IMG/VR virus record: IMGVR_UViG_2788499997_000004
Source of the DNA: a virus
Lineage: Duplodnaviria; Heunggongvirae; Uroviricota; Caudoviricetes
DNA: 64,000 nucleotides
Strand: one strand, 5' to 3'
Shown here: in pieces, positions 1 to 10,332 of the stretch
How the letters are laid out: the number at the start of each line of letters is the position of its first letter
Position numbering within the stretch: position 1 is the first letter of the stretch
Made by a program: the position numbers and the translations under genes
The notes under the pieces: model-generated
The model's database searches: none
Seen by the model: the letters and a program-made list of their open reading frames with translations, nothing else
What the model was told of the DNA's origin: nothing

Positions 1-561
1 TCATCTTGACTCCTCCTTTATGATTCTTTTGAGTTCTGAAGCGAATATCCAGTCGGGAAGTTCATAGTGGACAGTATGTCCTTTCCATGTTCCCTTTGTA
101 AAGTTAATATTGTTGACAAGTTTAATTCCTGTCATGTTATGTAAAGCAACATCTTCTAGATTCTTTGTATAGTCATCAAGCAAGTATAACTCATGTGAAT
201 TATCACTTGAATTCATGTAATGGCTCTTTTGCTTGCCATAGGGAACATAGATTCTATCTTTTTTATCAATAAACGGTAGATATTTATCAACAAGCTGATT
301 CTTTTCTTCCAGAATGTAATCTCTGTCCAGACATGATGACAATATCTTGAGTTTCACATCTGGATTCTCTTTATGGAAAGTCTTAATCCCTCTAATGACA
401 TTATCGAATGGATAAAGTGATGAGAAAAAGCCTCTTTCCAGTATTTCATCCAGTGATGCATCCTTTTTAAATTCAAAACATGTTCCATCTAAATCTATAT
501 ATAATGTTTTCATATCTTCTCTCCTTTCTGTAGTGACATTATTTTCATTTATCCATGACAT
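1..561 (-). CDS. HAD-superfamily 5'(3')-deoxyribonucleotidase-like phosphatase
   Basis: The 186-aa ORF carries an N-terminal HAD motif I, LYIDLDGTCFEF (DxDGT). The TGA stop sits at positions 1-3, so the ORF is complete. Confidence 0.5.
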   Translation of the reverse strand: MSWINENNVTTERREDMKTLYIDLDGTCFEFKKDASLDEILERGFFSSLYPFDNVIRGIKTFHKENPDVKLKILSSCLDRDYILEEKNQLVDKYLPFIDKKDRIYVPYGKQKSHYMNSSDNSHELYLLDDYTKNLEDVALHNMTGIKLVNNINFTKGTWKGHTVHYELPDWIFASELKRIIKEESR

Positions 562-612
562 TTTTTTCTTTTCGTCTTGTATCTTGTGACAATATTTTCT
601 TTTGGTCTTGTA

Positions 613-2859
613 TTAGATATCATATTGCTTTAGCAGTTCAGTCAACATGGTATTTCTTTTTCTTTCCTTGTTGTCCAATGCATGTTGCATCATATCCTTT
701 TGACCAACAATAAAAAGTTCGTTTTTGTTTCTTGTCATTCCTGTGTAAACAAGACGTTTCTTTATCATGAATCGGTGTAATCCATCCATAAGCATGATAG
801 AGCACTTATATTCAGAACCTTGAGTTTTATGAATAGTCATAGCATAAGCCAAGCGCAATTCATCGAAGTCTTCTCTGAGATATGTATGCTCCATTCCATC
901 ATAATCCACAACAATTCTATCTTCATTGCTATTCTTTGTATCTGAGTAAATACAATCAATCACATTTCCAACCATACCATTGAACAGATTAAATTCTGGA
1001 TGGTTCTTCAGTTGAAGAACTCTATCCCCTACCCTAATGATTTTCTTGAATCCAACTTTCATTTCAGGCTTGTCTTCATCATAGGGATTTAATATAGCCT
1101 GTATTTCCACGTTCATGACATCACAGCCAATATCACCTTTATTCTGTGGCTCCAGCAAGCAGACATTTTCAACACCCCACTGTGTCACTTTCTTGAGATA
1201 AAGCTGTAACACTTCATCTTTAGTCGCCTGAATATCACTTTCTGGTGTTTCAATGAATGCAAAATCTTGAGCATCAGTTAAATCTGGTACTCTTTCCTGA
1301 AAGTTGAAGTCAAGAGCTCTTGGCAATGTTGTACTCCCATCAACAGCTCGATAGATTTTTTCAAGGATTGTTTTTGGAATATAGTCTACATCAATCAAAT
1401 CCTCCAAGACTTGTCCTGGGTCAACAGATGGTAACTGGTCCTTATCACCTGTCAAGATAACAACAGTATCTGAAGAGATAGCTTTCATCAGTCGTTCAAA
1501 AAGAACAATATCAACCATTGAAAACTCGTCGACAATCAGCAAATCAACCTGCAAAGGATTATGTTCATTGAATTTCCATCCCGTTTCAGGATTATATCCA
1601 AGTAATCGATGGATTGTACTTGCTTCCATTCCAGTGGCTTCTGACATTCTTGTAGCAGCCTTTCCTGCTAATGCACATAACTTAATGTCGACATGTTTCT
1701 TGCTGTTTTGGAATATATAACAGATACAATCAATCAGTGTTGTCTTTCCACTTCCTGGTGGACCAGAAATAATGGAAAACTGATTAATAGATGAGCGCTT
1801 GATTCCTTCTCTTTGCTTGTCAGCCAACTGAAAACCTTTCATTGCCTCATATTGTGCAATCATTTCATCTACTTTGCTTTCTGCAACTATTCTGTTTTTG
1901 CGGACTGCAGTCGCAACCATCTGTGCAACATTATTTTCTGCCTTGTAGATATATGGCAGATAAATGACAATATCTGTTTTCTTCAGCCTCTTATAAATCT
2001 TTCTAGAATCCAGCATCTTAATGATTGCCTCTCTGATAAGCGATTCATCTACATTTAATCCTCTCTCAGCCTGAACAATTAGTTCTTCTAAAAGCATGTA
2101 ACAGTCACCTGTATATAGTTTTGCTTTTAGCAAAGCTATGATATATGCCTCTATTCTTCTTAAATCCTCCTTTGAATAGTTATAGTATCTTAAACCAATC
2201 CCATCAACAGTCTCAAAAGAGAATCCGTCAACATTAATCAATTGATAGGGATTATCATCTATGATGCTTGATGCATTTGTTCCCCAGAGTTTTAAGAGTT
2301 TTAACGCTGAGTTTAATGAAACACCAAAACGAACAAATTTATAATAAAGAGAATCTATCGCCTGGTATTTTTTCTGTTTTTCAAGAGCTTTGTCAATGGT
2401 TTTCTGTCCAATCCCACTTACATCCTTCATATCCACTCTGAACTCCTCAATGTTTTGTTTGAAGGTGTTGATGGCATTTAGTGGGTTGCTATCATAATAG
2501 TCAATCAGTCTTTCTGCTCTTTTAGGGCCGAATAGAAATGCCAGCATTGACGTTGCTCCTACGATGTCATCATCAGCTCTGATAGCATAAGTGAAATGAA
2601 ATTCATCTTTCCCATTCTTTCCTTTCTTCCATTCTCCAATAAATTCCAGATAATCACCTACAGAATGATGATTTGTTTTACCGACAGCTTTGAACTTCTT
2701 GTTTGTCAATGGGTCTCTAACGTTTAAAACACACCATAATAGTTCATCTGCTTCTAAAAAGCCTTTGGGTACTATCACATAATCAATCCATCCTCTGATT
2801 CTTTCTAAATTCTCCTGACTCTCCATCTTCTTTTTTATAATTCTTTCTTTGAGTCCCAT
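613..2859 (-). CDS. RecD-like SF1 DNA helicase (exonuclease V alpha-like)
   Basis: The 748-aa ORF has a Walker A GPPGSGKTT, LIVDEFSMVD, ILTGDKDQLPSV, AMTIHKTQGSEY and VYTGMTR, which are typical RecD/TraA helicase motifs. Confidence 0.7.
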   Translation of the reverse strand: MGLKERIIKKKMESQENLERIRGWIDYVIVPKGFLEADELLWCVLNVRDPLTNKKFKAVGKTNHHSVGDYLEFIGEWKKGKNGKDEFHFTYAIRADDDIVGATSMLAFLFGPKRAERLIDYYDSNPLNAINTFKQNIEEFRVDMKDVSGIGQKTIDKALEKQKKYQAIDSLYYKFVRFGVSLNSALKLLKLWGTNASSIIDDNPYQLINVDGFSFETVDGIGLRYYNYSKEDLRRIEAYIIALLKAKLYTGDCYMLLEELIVQAERGLNVDESLIREAIIKMLDSRKIYKRLKKTDIVIYLPYIYKAENNVAQMVATAVRKNRIVAESKVDEMIAQYEAMKGFQLADKQREGIKRSSINQFSIISGPPGSGKTTLIDCICYIFQNSKKHVDIKLCALAGKAATRMSEATGMEASTIHRLLGYNPETGWKFNEHNPLQVDLLIVDEFSMVDIVLFERLMKAISSDTVVILTGDKDQLPSVDPGQVLEDLIDVDYIPKTILEKIYRAVDGSTTLPRALDFNFQERVPDLTDAQDFAFIETPESDIQATKDEVLQLYLKKVTQWGVENVCLLEPQNKGDIGCDVMNVEIQAILNPYDEDKPEMKVGFKKIIRVGDRVLQLKNHPEFNLFNGMVGNVIDCIYSDTKNSNEDRIVVDYDGMEHTYLREDFDELRLAYAMTIHKTQGSEYKCSIMLMDGLHRFMIKKRLVYTGMTRNKNELFIVGQKDMMQHALDNKERKRNTMLTELLKQYDI

Positions 2860-2899
2860 TATAATCCTCCTTTTAAAGAAAGAGGCCTAATAGCCTCTT

Positions 2900-3532
2900 C
2901 TAATGATTCTTGATATATGCAAGATAAATGAATTCTAACATGGCTACGAGTCTTTCTGTTCTGACAGGGACAGATACTCTAGCTGTTTTCCCATCTCTTG
3001 TTTCTGAAACACCAATCATCCAGTTTCCTTCACGATTTCCTGGAGTGACTGTAAATGTTCTTTGGAATGCCTTCCCTTCAAATTCGGGTTGTTTAAATTC
3101 ACTAAAGACTGCTGAAGCGAATTTTTTCTTTCCATCTCTCATGGCTTCTCTTTCTGTTGCTTCTAAATCAAAGATATAGCCTGACGTAAAGGCCCATCTT
3201 AAGTATAGTAAATTCTTAAAATCCAAATAGTAAGGGATGAACGCCTTTTGTTTGTTGGATTCATCTAATTCGACGAAGTTCATATGAACCTTACAGTCCA
3301 TACCTGCATCATCATCAACCAAATTAAATCCATCCTGTAAAACTTCTAGGAATACATCTCCTCCTGTTTTTCTTTGAGCATATACTTTATCAATTTTCTT
3401 AGCATATTCTTTCTTATCTTCCTTTTCTTTGACTTCAGTTTTAACTTCTGAACTCATAGTTTTAGGAGTATATGTTTTCATTTCTACTCCCTTGTTTTCT
3501 TTGTTTGCTTTTGCTTTGTCTTTTAATCCCAT
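2900..3532 (-). CDS. hypothetical protein
   Basis: A 210-aa ORF with an RBS ggagg and the start ATGGGATTAAAAGA shared with three other genes here. No recognisable motif. Confidence 0.4.
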   Translation of the reverse strand: MGLKDKAKANKENKGVEMKTYTPKTMSSEVKTEVKEKEDKKEYAKKIDKVYAQRKTGGDVFLEVLQDGFNLVDDDAGMDCKVHMNFVELDESNKQKAFIPYYLDFKNLLYLRWAFTSGYIFDLEATEREAMRDGKKKFASAVFSEFKQPEFEGKAFQRTFTVTPGNREGNWMIGVSETRDGKTARVSVPVRTERLVAMLEFIYLAYIKNH

Positions 3533-3650
3533 AGTTTTCCTCCTTTAAACAAAAAAGACACACCTCATGTGCGTCTTTTCTTTCGTATATGATTTACATA
3601 TATATTTTATCATAAATCATTATTTCATTGTAAAGATAAATAATAATAAT

Positions 3651-3668
3651 TTGGTCACTAGTGACCAA
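3651..3668. repeat. perfect palindrome TTGGTCACTAGTGACCAA, copy 1 of 5, downstream of parB
   Basis: Exact inverted repeat with the 14-bp core GGTCACTAGTGACC. Confidence 0.8.
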
Positions 3669-3675
3669 ATTTCAG

Positions 3676-4686
3676 TTAGTCAGCAATTTTGGATTTTAGA
3701 GTATTTAAAACTGTTTCGATTTCCTGAATACTATCTAGAATTTCCTTTCTCTCATTTTCATCCACTGTTATTTTTATTCCATCCATTTGTTGTACCTGTT
3801 TTTTTATCTTATCAATGTTCTTGATTGCTTCAAATCCTTTCATTCGAGAAACCTTTTTTGGTTTTGATTCTTTGAAAGTCTTCAGATAAGCCTTGAATTC
3901 CTTGTCTGTCATTTTATTAGATTTTTCTAAAACATTTTTCTGCATCTCAAGAGGCATATCAGACACTATAAGTGCCTCACTTTTTGAAATATATTCTTTT
4001 TCATAATATTGTCTCAACATTGGATGTCCGTTGTAGATTTTGTAATATTGTTTAATTGCTGTTCGCCCGAAACTATACCCCATATCCTTAAAGGCGTATT
4101 GTATCTGTTCAATTTTTTCTTTTTTAGGATTGAAAGATACATAATTTCCTTCATCATCTTTTTCAAATATAATATCAAAGCAACTAAACAACTCATCTAG
4201 TTCAATTTTTCTGTTGTATGCATTGGTTTCAACAATAACTTCTTGAATTTCCTGCTCAGTTGTTCCTAAAGGTAAAACTGTACACCATACCTGAGAAAAA
4301 CGCTCTGCGACTTTTTCGTTTCCTTCATCAATTGCAGAATTATGAATATTTGTAATAGCTTTAAAACGTCTTGAACCAGCTTTGATTTCATATTTCCCAG
4401 AAGGTTTACCATCCTCATTTTGTAGCGTCAGAATAATGATGGGTTGTAACTGTCCTAGTTTTTTTATTGATTTTTCTAGATAATAAGTCCCTTTCACTTT
4501 AAATGGATTAGCTGTGTTATCGACCAATTTATCTAATGTAATATATCTCGCATTTAATCTGGTTGTTTCAGCTAATGTTTTTTCTATATTATCGGCGTCT
4601 ATTGCCATTCTTTGTTGAGGTGAAAACAAACTTGTGCTATGTTGGCTTTTACCCATTGAATTTATCGACTTTCTCTGCTTAGCCAT
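3676..4686 (-). CDS. parB: ParB-like partition protein
   Basis: ParB N-terminal box GQLQPIII...YEIKAGSRRFKA (GxRRxRA-like). An ATG at 4686 overlaps the parA stop (ATGGCTAA coupling); the track ORF extends to 4725. Confidence 0.6.
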   Translation of the reverse strand: MAKQRKSINSMGKSQHSTSLFSPQQRMAIDADNIEKTLAETTRLNARYITLDKLVDNTANPFKVKGTYYLEKSIKKLGQLQPIIILTLQNEDGKPSGKYEIKAGSRRFKAITNIHNSAIDEGNEKVAERFSQVWCTVLPLGTTEQEIQEVIVETNAYNRKIELDELFSCFDIIFEKDDEGNYVSFNPKKEKIEQIQYAFKDMGYSFGRTAIKQYYKIYNGHPMLRQYYEKEYISKSEALIVSDMPLEMQKNVLEKSNKMTDKEFKAYLKTFKESKPKKVSRMKGFEAIKNIDKIKKQVQQMDGIKITVDENERKEILDSIQEIETVLNTLKSKIAD

Positions 4687-5641
4687 TGCTTTCATCTCCT
4701 TTCTCGTTTTCTTCATCTTGTTCAATGATTTCTTTTGCTAAAGAATATATGGCTTGTCTATATGATTGCCAAGCTTTGCCATTTTGTTGAACAGCAATCT
4801 CACCTGTTCCTGATAACTCTTTTAGCTTCAAGTTTCTTGGTATGATTGTTTTAAACATGTGAAGATTATTGTTACTAGCATAATCTGAAACCTCATCATA
4901 GGTTCTCTTGTCAAAATTCGTTTTTGCGAATTCATTGAAAAGCACCCCTCTTATTTTGAACATAGGAAGCACCTGACCTAAATCCTGTAAATTATCAAGA
5001 ACCATATCAATTCCTAATGTACTTAATTGGTCTGTAATTGTTGGGATAATAATAGAGTCACATGCTAATAATGTACTAGTTACCAAGTATCCTAAATTTG
5101 GTGGACAGTCAATAAAGATATAATCATAATCATACATCTTCTTGATTCTATTCACAATCATAGCTAATACTGCAGTTCCATATTGTCTATTTTCAGGCTG
5201 TATAATAAAGGCGTCAGGTGGAGCTGCTGAATATATAAGTTCTGCTAATGATAAATCCTTACCAACGCTTGGAATTAAATCAAAGTAGAATTCCGTTTCT
5301 TTATCTTCCCATTGAATAGTTCCTTCTTTTCTTTGACTTTTTAGATATGTTGGGCGTATGATAGTTTCTTCAAAATCTTCATACTCAGGCAATTCCCCGA
5401 ACCATTGATATTTTTGTTCTAAATACCCTAACGTGCTGACTCCATCATCAACCTCAACTCTTCCGTTTTCCTTAATTGACATATTTGCCAAAAAGCTTAA
5501 TGAACATTGGACATCGTTATCAATAACCAACACCTTCTTATTAAAATCTCTACCTAACGTCTCCGCTAGATTTATGGTTAATGTGGTTTTCCCGACACCA
5601 CCCTTTGAATTATACATAGTAATAACTTTTGTATCGCTCAT
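4679..5641 (-). CDS. parA: ParA/Soj-family partition ATPase
   Basis: Deviant Walker A NSKGGVGKTT near the N-terminus; 320 aa; lies directly upstream of parB. Confidence 0.8.
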   Translation of the reverse strand: MSDTKVITMYNSKGGVGKTTLTINLAETLGRDFNKKVLVIDNDVQCSLSFLANMSIKENGRVEVDDGVSTLGYLEQKYQWFGELPEYEDFEETIIRPTYLKSQRKEGTIQWEDKETEFYFDLIPSVGKDLSLAELIYSAAPPDAFIIQPENRQYGTAVLAMIVNRIKKMYDYDYIFIDCPPNLGYLVTSTLLACDSIIIPTITDQLSTLGIDMVLDNLQDLGQVLPMFKIRGVLFNEFAKTNFDKRTYDEVSDYASNNNLHMFKTIIPRNLKLKELSGTGEIAVQQNGKAWQSYRQAIYSLAKEIIEQDEENEKGDESNG

Positions 5642-5840
5642 TTCTTATCTACCCTTTCTATTCATTAAATAATTATAGCGAAATTAAATTATATAATCAA
5701 ACCTTTTTATATAATATAGACTGATTAAAAAAGTGACTTTTAGAATTTTTTTAGATATTTGCGATTTTACAAGGAAACACATAGAAATCTTCACTTAGCG
5801 TATTCCTTACTATAACCTATCCAAACTCCATATATTAAAA

Positions 5841-5858
5841 ATGGTCACTAGTGACCAT
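5841..5858. repeat. palindrome ATGGTCACTAGTGACCAT, copy 2
   Basis: Same 14-bp core GGTCACTAGTGACC; lies 200 bp upstream of the parA start. Confidence 0.8.
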
Positions 5859-5952
5859 TTTTGTTTATTATTTATTTATTGCTAATATTGATATTATCCT
5901 TGCTATCTTCTTTAATATCTTTTTAATGTATTTGATTTGTACTTATTGGATT

Positions 5953-5968
5953 TGGTCACTAGTGACCA
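5953..5968. repeat. palindrome TGGTCACTAGTGACCA, copy 3
   Basis: Same core; about 112 bp from copy 2. Confidence 0.8.
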
Positions 5969-6072
5969 TTTTTGAAAACATCATTTTCGCGCCCTCTGTC
6001 ATTTATGACAGTTTCTATCTATACCCTATATAACTTCATATTTCATATCGCATACTTGTATAATATTGTTTC

Positions 6073-6090
6073 TTGGTCACTAGTGACCAA
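6073..6090. repeat. palindrome TTGGTCACTAGTGACCAA, copy 4
   Basis: Same core; about 120 bp from copy 3. Confidence 0.8.
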
Positions 6091-6099
6091 ATTGAATTT

Positions 6100-8100
6100 A
6101 TGAAGAATAAAGCATTGACTTTTAAAGGACTTCTTCCTTATGTCATATAAATTATAACTTTATATTCTAGGACGATTTTTTATTGTTTTATAAGGTTTTT
6201 CGATAGGTTTTTTTTAGTATTTTTCTCTTCTCTATATTTCTTTGGTTTTTTATACGTTTTATTCCATTTTTCTTTAGTTTCTATAATCATCTATCAATAA
6301 TACCCCCCTATTCTCGTCCCATTCAAACCCTACTCATCTCCCATTAATTCAAATGTATTTAGATAGAATTTGAATAGCTTATTCATTTAGACTCATTATG
6401 TATTCAACCCCTATTTATCTTCTATCCAACCTCCTTCATCCTCACAATTCATATTCTCACCATATCTGTCGATATCTTTTTCTCTATCCTTTATCTTATC
6501 ATATCCATACCACATCATATATGACGAGGATTGAGATAGAGTTTTATTAGGATTGTATATAAACACTCGTCTCTACTTCTTCACAAAAGAAAAGAGATGA
6601 AATCCTATCATTCCCCTATCTATTCCCTACAAGCTCAAGCTATACTTTAGTTGATATCCAGTAACGTTGTAGAGTGATGATAGAATATGGATAGAAAGAA
6701 GTCGCTTCTGTGCTAATTATTACCCTATACAAAAAGAATCCACACCTATTCATATCCTATCCAATTCCCCATAAATAAAGTAATGCTTTATAAAAGGATA
6801 TTGATAGAATTGAAATAGTATATCTATAAAAAAACTAATCATAGACTTTACAATTGTACATAATCAATCCTATTTATAATCTATCAAATATCCTATACGT
6901 ATAAAGTATGATGAATTGAATATAGCAAGGTTTTAAATAGATGCTGTGATATTTCTTTACAAAAGTCGTGATTAAAAACCTTTCATAATCTTTTACAATT
7001 CCTTCAGAACGAATCAGGAGTTGAAGGAATAGAAAAGAATTATAAAAGAATCTATCTTCTTCCCTCATTCTAAAATGACTCTTTTCATATCCAAATATCT
7101 ACACCTTGTACCAATCTAAACCCTATCCAAACTCATTCAAGAACTCATTACATTATGAAAAGTTAAATTTAGATTTTGGGAAGGATAATATCCAGCTAAA
7201 TTATTGCTAAAGTATAACTTGAGTCATAGAAGAATTCTATCAATAATCTTTCAAGCTTCTTTCAGAGCTTTTATATAAGATAGGGTTAGTAGAGATAATG
7301 GATTTTGATAGATGATGGATAGTATTTAGCTATGACATATAAAAATTATTATTTTATCAAAAAAGAAAATCCTATCAACACTCTATCATAATCCCTTCAA
7401 TCTCAATTCATATAAAGTATAGCTTTTGTTATAAAAAGAACAACCCCTCATAAATTCCATTCATCTCCCATTCTGAATATAAAAATCTTATCGCATAGAA
7501 ATAGTTTTAATAGAAGATAAAAAGAATATGAGGAGATTAAATGTACTTGGTATAAAATTATCAAATACCAATGTAACACCATCTAAACTCTTTTCAAAAC
7601 AAAAAGATAACGATATCAGTTGAATAAGATAATGATAGAAGTAGGAGGGATGTGCAAAGAATCTTAATACACCATCAAAACTCTATCAAAAGCCTAATGA
7701 TATTGAATTGTAAAAGTTTGGATGATGATAGACTTTAGATGGGGTTGAAAGGGTTAAATTGATGGAAGGGTTTGGAAAGAATGTGGAAGGGTTCATATGA
7801 GCCTAAGAATAGGATAATGAGGGATATAGATAGACTCGTATTGGAAAAACAGTAAAAAAATACGATAAATCGCATATTTATCAAGAAAATAGTATTTTTA
7901 AGGAAAAAGAGGGAAAACCAATTAAAAACTATCAAAAAACCAATAAGAAATAGGATAAAACTTAAAGTTATTATTCTTATTGTATAAGGAAGAAGTCCTC
8001 TTAAAGTCACTTTCATCAAACACCTAATTTATCCATCACAAAGAAGAATATGATACAATAGATACGTAATCTAATACGAATGGAGACATGTCATCGGCAT
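6100..8100. repeat. AT-rich non-coding region with iterated TCTATCAA-type motifs (candidate iteron/origin region)
   Basis: No ORF of 100 aa or more over about 2 kb. The motif (A/T)TCTATCAA(T/A)A or a close variant recurs at about 6289, 6875, 7234, 7373 and 7681, with many CTATC cores. Confidence 0.35.
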
Positions 8101-8134
8101 GTCTCTTTTTTTGTAAAATTAAAGGAGGAATACA

Positions 8135-8791
8135 ATGAAGAAAAAGAAATGTCCAGTCTGCGGTGCATTACTAGACGAGGACAATGAATTAAGATGCAGT
8201 CGCTTTCCCATCTGCACCTTTCAAGAATCTACAAACACAAATCTAGAAAGATATATCATGTATGACCTTGAAACATCAGGATTTAAGGATAGTGACCATA
8301 TCATAGAAATTGGAGCTATTTATGTAGAGGATGGAAAGGTTGTGGATGGGTTTGATAAATTATGCAACCCTGGAATTTTCATCAATCAGAGAATCACTCA
8401 AGTAACAAACATTACAAATGATATGTTAAAGGACAAGGAGTCTGAAGAAAGTGTACTGAAGGAGTTTATCGAATGGGTCCACTCAAAGAATACAGACGTC
8501 TGTGTCGGTCATAACATTGACGCGTTCGATAACAGAATGTTAAACGCAGCATGCAAAAAATACAGACAGCAAATGCCATTCCATAGAACACTAGACACCC
8601 TCAAAATGGCAAGGAATCTAAAATTAAAGGAAAGGGGGGTAGTCCAAGATTATAAACAGGAAACATTGGCAAATGAATATTGTCATTTTACATATTCAGC
8701 CCATAGAGCAATCCAAGACGTAGAAGCATTATTTAGAATTTTTGAAGTTTTAAGAAAGGAATATCAACAACTTCCAATTATCAATATCTGA
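8135..8791 (+). CDS. DnaQ-like DEDDh 3'-5' exonuclease with N-terminal zinc ribbon
   Basis: CPVCG...C..C precedes Exo I YIMYDLETSG, Exo II VGHNIDAFDNRML and Exo III YSAHRAIQDVEAL. RBS aaaggagg. Confidence 0.7.
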   Translation: MKKKKCPVCGALLDEDNELRCSRFPICTFQESTNTNLERYIMYDLETSGFKDSDHIIEIGAIYVEDGKVVDGFDKLCNPGIFINQRITQVTNITNDMLKDKESEESVLKEFIEWVHSKNTDVCVGHNIDAFDNRMLNAACKKYRQQMPFHRTLDTLKMARNLKLKERGVVQDYKQETLANEYCHFTYSAHRAIQDVEALFRIFEVLRKEYQQLPIINI

Positions 8792-8794
8792 TAA

Positions 8795-9505
8795 ATGGGA
8801 TTAAAACAGAAGTGTCTAAATAATGCAAAGAAATCTAACTATCTTGGAGATAAATGTTTTGAAGAAACATCTATGCACTATCTAGAGAACACTCAGATAT
8901 TCAAGGACATGAATATTAGAGAAATCGTTCATGATAGAGCAAGACAATTAAAAGGTATTGATGCTATAGGAAGCATAGGTAATGATAGTATCAATGTCGA
9001 TGTCAAGGCTATCGCATCTCAATTAAATACATTTTGCTTTGAAATAAGTGGTAATGTATCAACAAATCAGGTGGGATGGCTGATTAATCCAAAACTAGAA
9101 ACAACACATTATCTGATTGTCTATCACACAGTGAAAGGAGCTGAAAGAAATTACAGATTAGGAAAAAGAATTATGACAGTCAATAACGTGATAGAAACAG
9201 AAGCGTTGTTAATAGAAAAAGAAAAACTGAAGTCATTCATTCAAAAAGAGTTAGGACAGAATCTTGATAGTGTTGTCAAGGAAATCAGAAAACAGGATTT
9301 AGAGGGTAGGGGAGTTGTAAGATTCAATAAAGAAATGAACGTAGTTAAAGGTACAGTGAATCAAAAAGCTTATCCTACAATTTCTCTAGGTTTAAAAGAA
9401 CAGCCTATCAATGTGGTTGTCAGAAAAGAAAGCTTAAAAGAATTAGCTGACAAGCATTGGATTATAGAAGATGAAAAGAATTTGGTCACTAGTGACCAAA
9501 TCTAA
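8795..9505 (+). CDS. hypothetical protein
   Basis: A 236-aa ORF starting MGLKQK. Its 3' end contains palindrome copy 5. Confidence 0.4.
   Translation: MGLKQKCLNNAKKSNYLGDKCFEETSMHYLENTQIFKDMNIREIVHDRARQLKGIDAIGSIGNDSINVDVKAIASQLNTFCFEISGNVSTNQVGWLINPKLETTHYLIVYHTVKGAERNYRLGKRIMTVNNVIETEALLIEKEKLKSFIQKELGQNLDSVVKEIRKQDLEGRGVVRFNKEMNVVKGTVNQKAYPTISLGLKEQPINVVVRKESLKELADKHWIIEDEKNLVTSDQI
9481..9500. repeat. palindrome TTTGGTCACTAGTGACCAAA, copy 5 (20 bp perfect)
   Basis: Exact inverted repeat at the 3' end of ORF 8795-9505. Confidence 0.8.
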
Positions 9506-9649
9506 AATTCACTTATTATCTTGCTAAATAAACATGATTAACTTTCGCACATTAAAGAAAATATATGATATACTTTATGTGTAAATATTATACGAGAAGA
9601 GATTCATGTAGCTGTGAATCTCTTTTTTATTTGAAGGAGGAAAATTTAA

Positions 9650-10275
9650 TGCCAAGTTTAAGAGGTAGAGCAAAAGCTAAAACAGAATCACAAGAAACAA
9701 AAGGAACTAAAACAGTAGATGTAAGAATGAGAAAAGTAGAATTTGAAAAGAATCCATCACTTAAAGCATTCTTTAATGCAACAGTATCAGGTTATCCTGT
9801 ATCTACAAAAGTAACATTTACTGAAAAAGAAGATGGTGACGATTCTATTTATGGAATTCTATTCCAATCTCAAAAAGGTAAAGATGGTAAATATTATGAC
9901 CATATTCACCCTATTGACAAAGAAACAAGAACCATCATTGTCAATAACTTGTTATCAGCTTTTACAAAGTTTTTTGAAGGAGACGAAGATGTCACTATTG
10001 ATGAAAATGATGTAAAGGTATCACAAGTTGTAGAAAAAGGCAACTTTAAAGGTCAGCTTGGAGACGCTATTATTGAAACATCAAGACCTATGGCGCTTCA
10101 AAACTTAGAATTACATCAAAGTAAAGATGGTAATTACTATTTAGCATATCCAGGTCGTAATTATAAAGATTCTAATGGTGAGTGGCAAAAAATGCCATAT
10201 TATTGGCCACAAAAAGATAGTGATACGACACAAGCTATCTTAGAAGCTGCAGTCAAAGAATATGAAAAAGCTTAG
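9650..10275 (+). CDS. SpoVG-like protein with tandem SpoVG-type domains
   Basis: Domain 1 VDVRMRKV...GYPVSTKV...YYDHIHPIDKETR resembles the SpoVG DVRLR...IAHPI...R pattern. A second copy follows (YYLAYPGRNY...). The ATG at 9650 follows gaaggagg; the track ORF starts further upstream at 9565. Confidence 0.45.
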
Positions 10276-10296
10276 AGCTAAATAAACGATAGAAAA

Positions 10297-10324
10297 GGGA
10301 TGCTCTGGCATCTCTTTTTTATTT
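10297..10324 (+). terminator. rho-independent terminator-like hairpin
   Basis: GGGATGCtctgGCATCTC followed by a run of six T. Confidence 0.45.
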
Positions 10325-10332
10325 AATCGGAG

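Noticed and set aside
3567-3824. Plus-strand ORF 3567-3824 and other short ORFs antisense to parB/parA (4009-4200, 5433-5672)
   Set aside because: Embedded in, or antisense to, well-supported partition genes and palindrome copy 1; no RBS.
5841-6090. Possible CRISPR array (three copies of a repeat at about 115-bp spacing)
   Set aside because: The repeat is a perfect palindrome, the units are too far apart and too few, and no cas genes are present; fits protein-binding sites instead.
7735-8019. 94-aa hydrophobic ORF on the minus strand in the AT-rich putative origin region
   Set aside because: The Phe/Leu/Ile-rich translation is what an AT-rich non-coding region gives. No RBS, and it is embedded in the repeat region.
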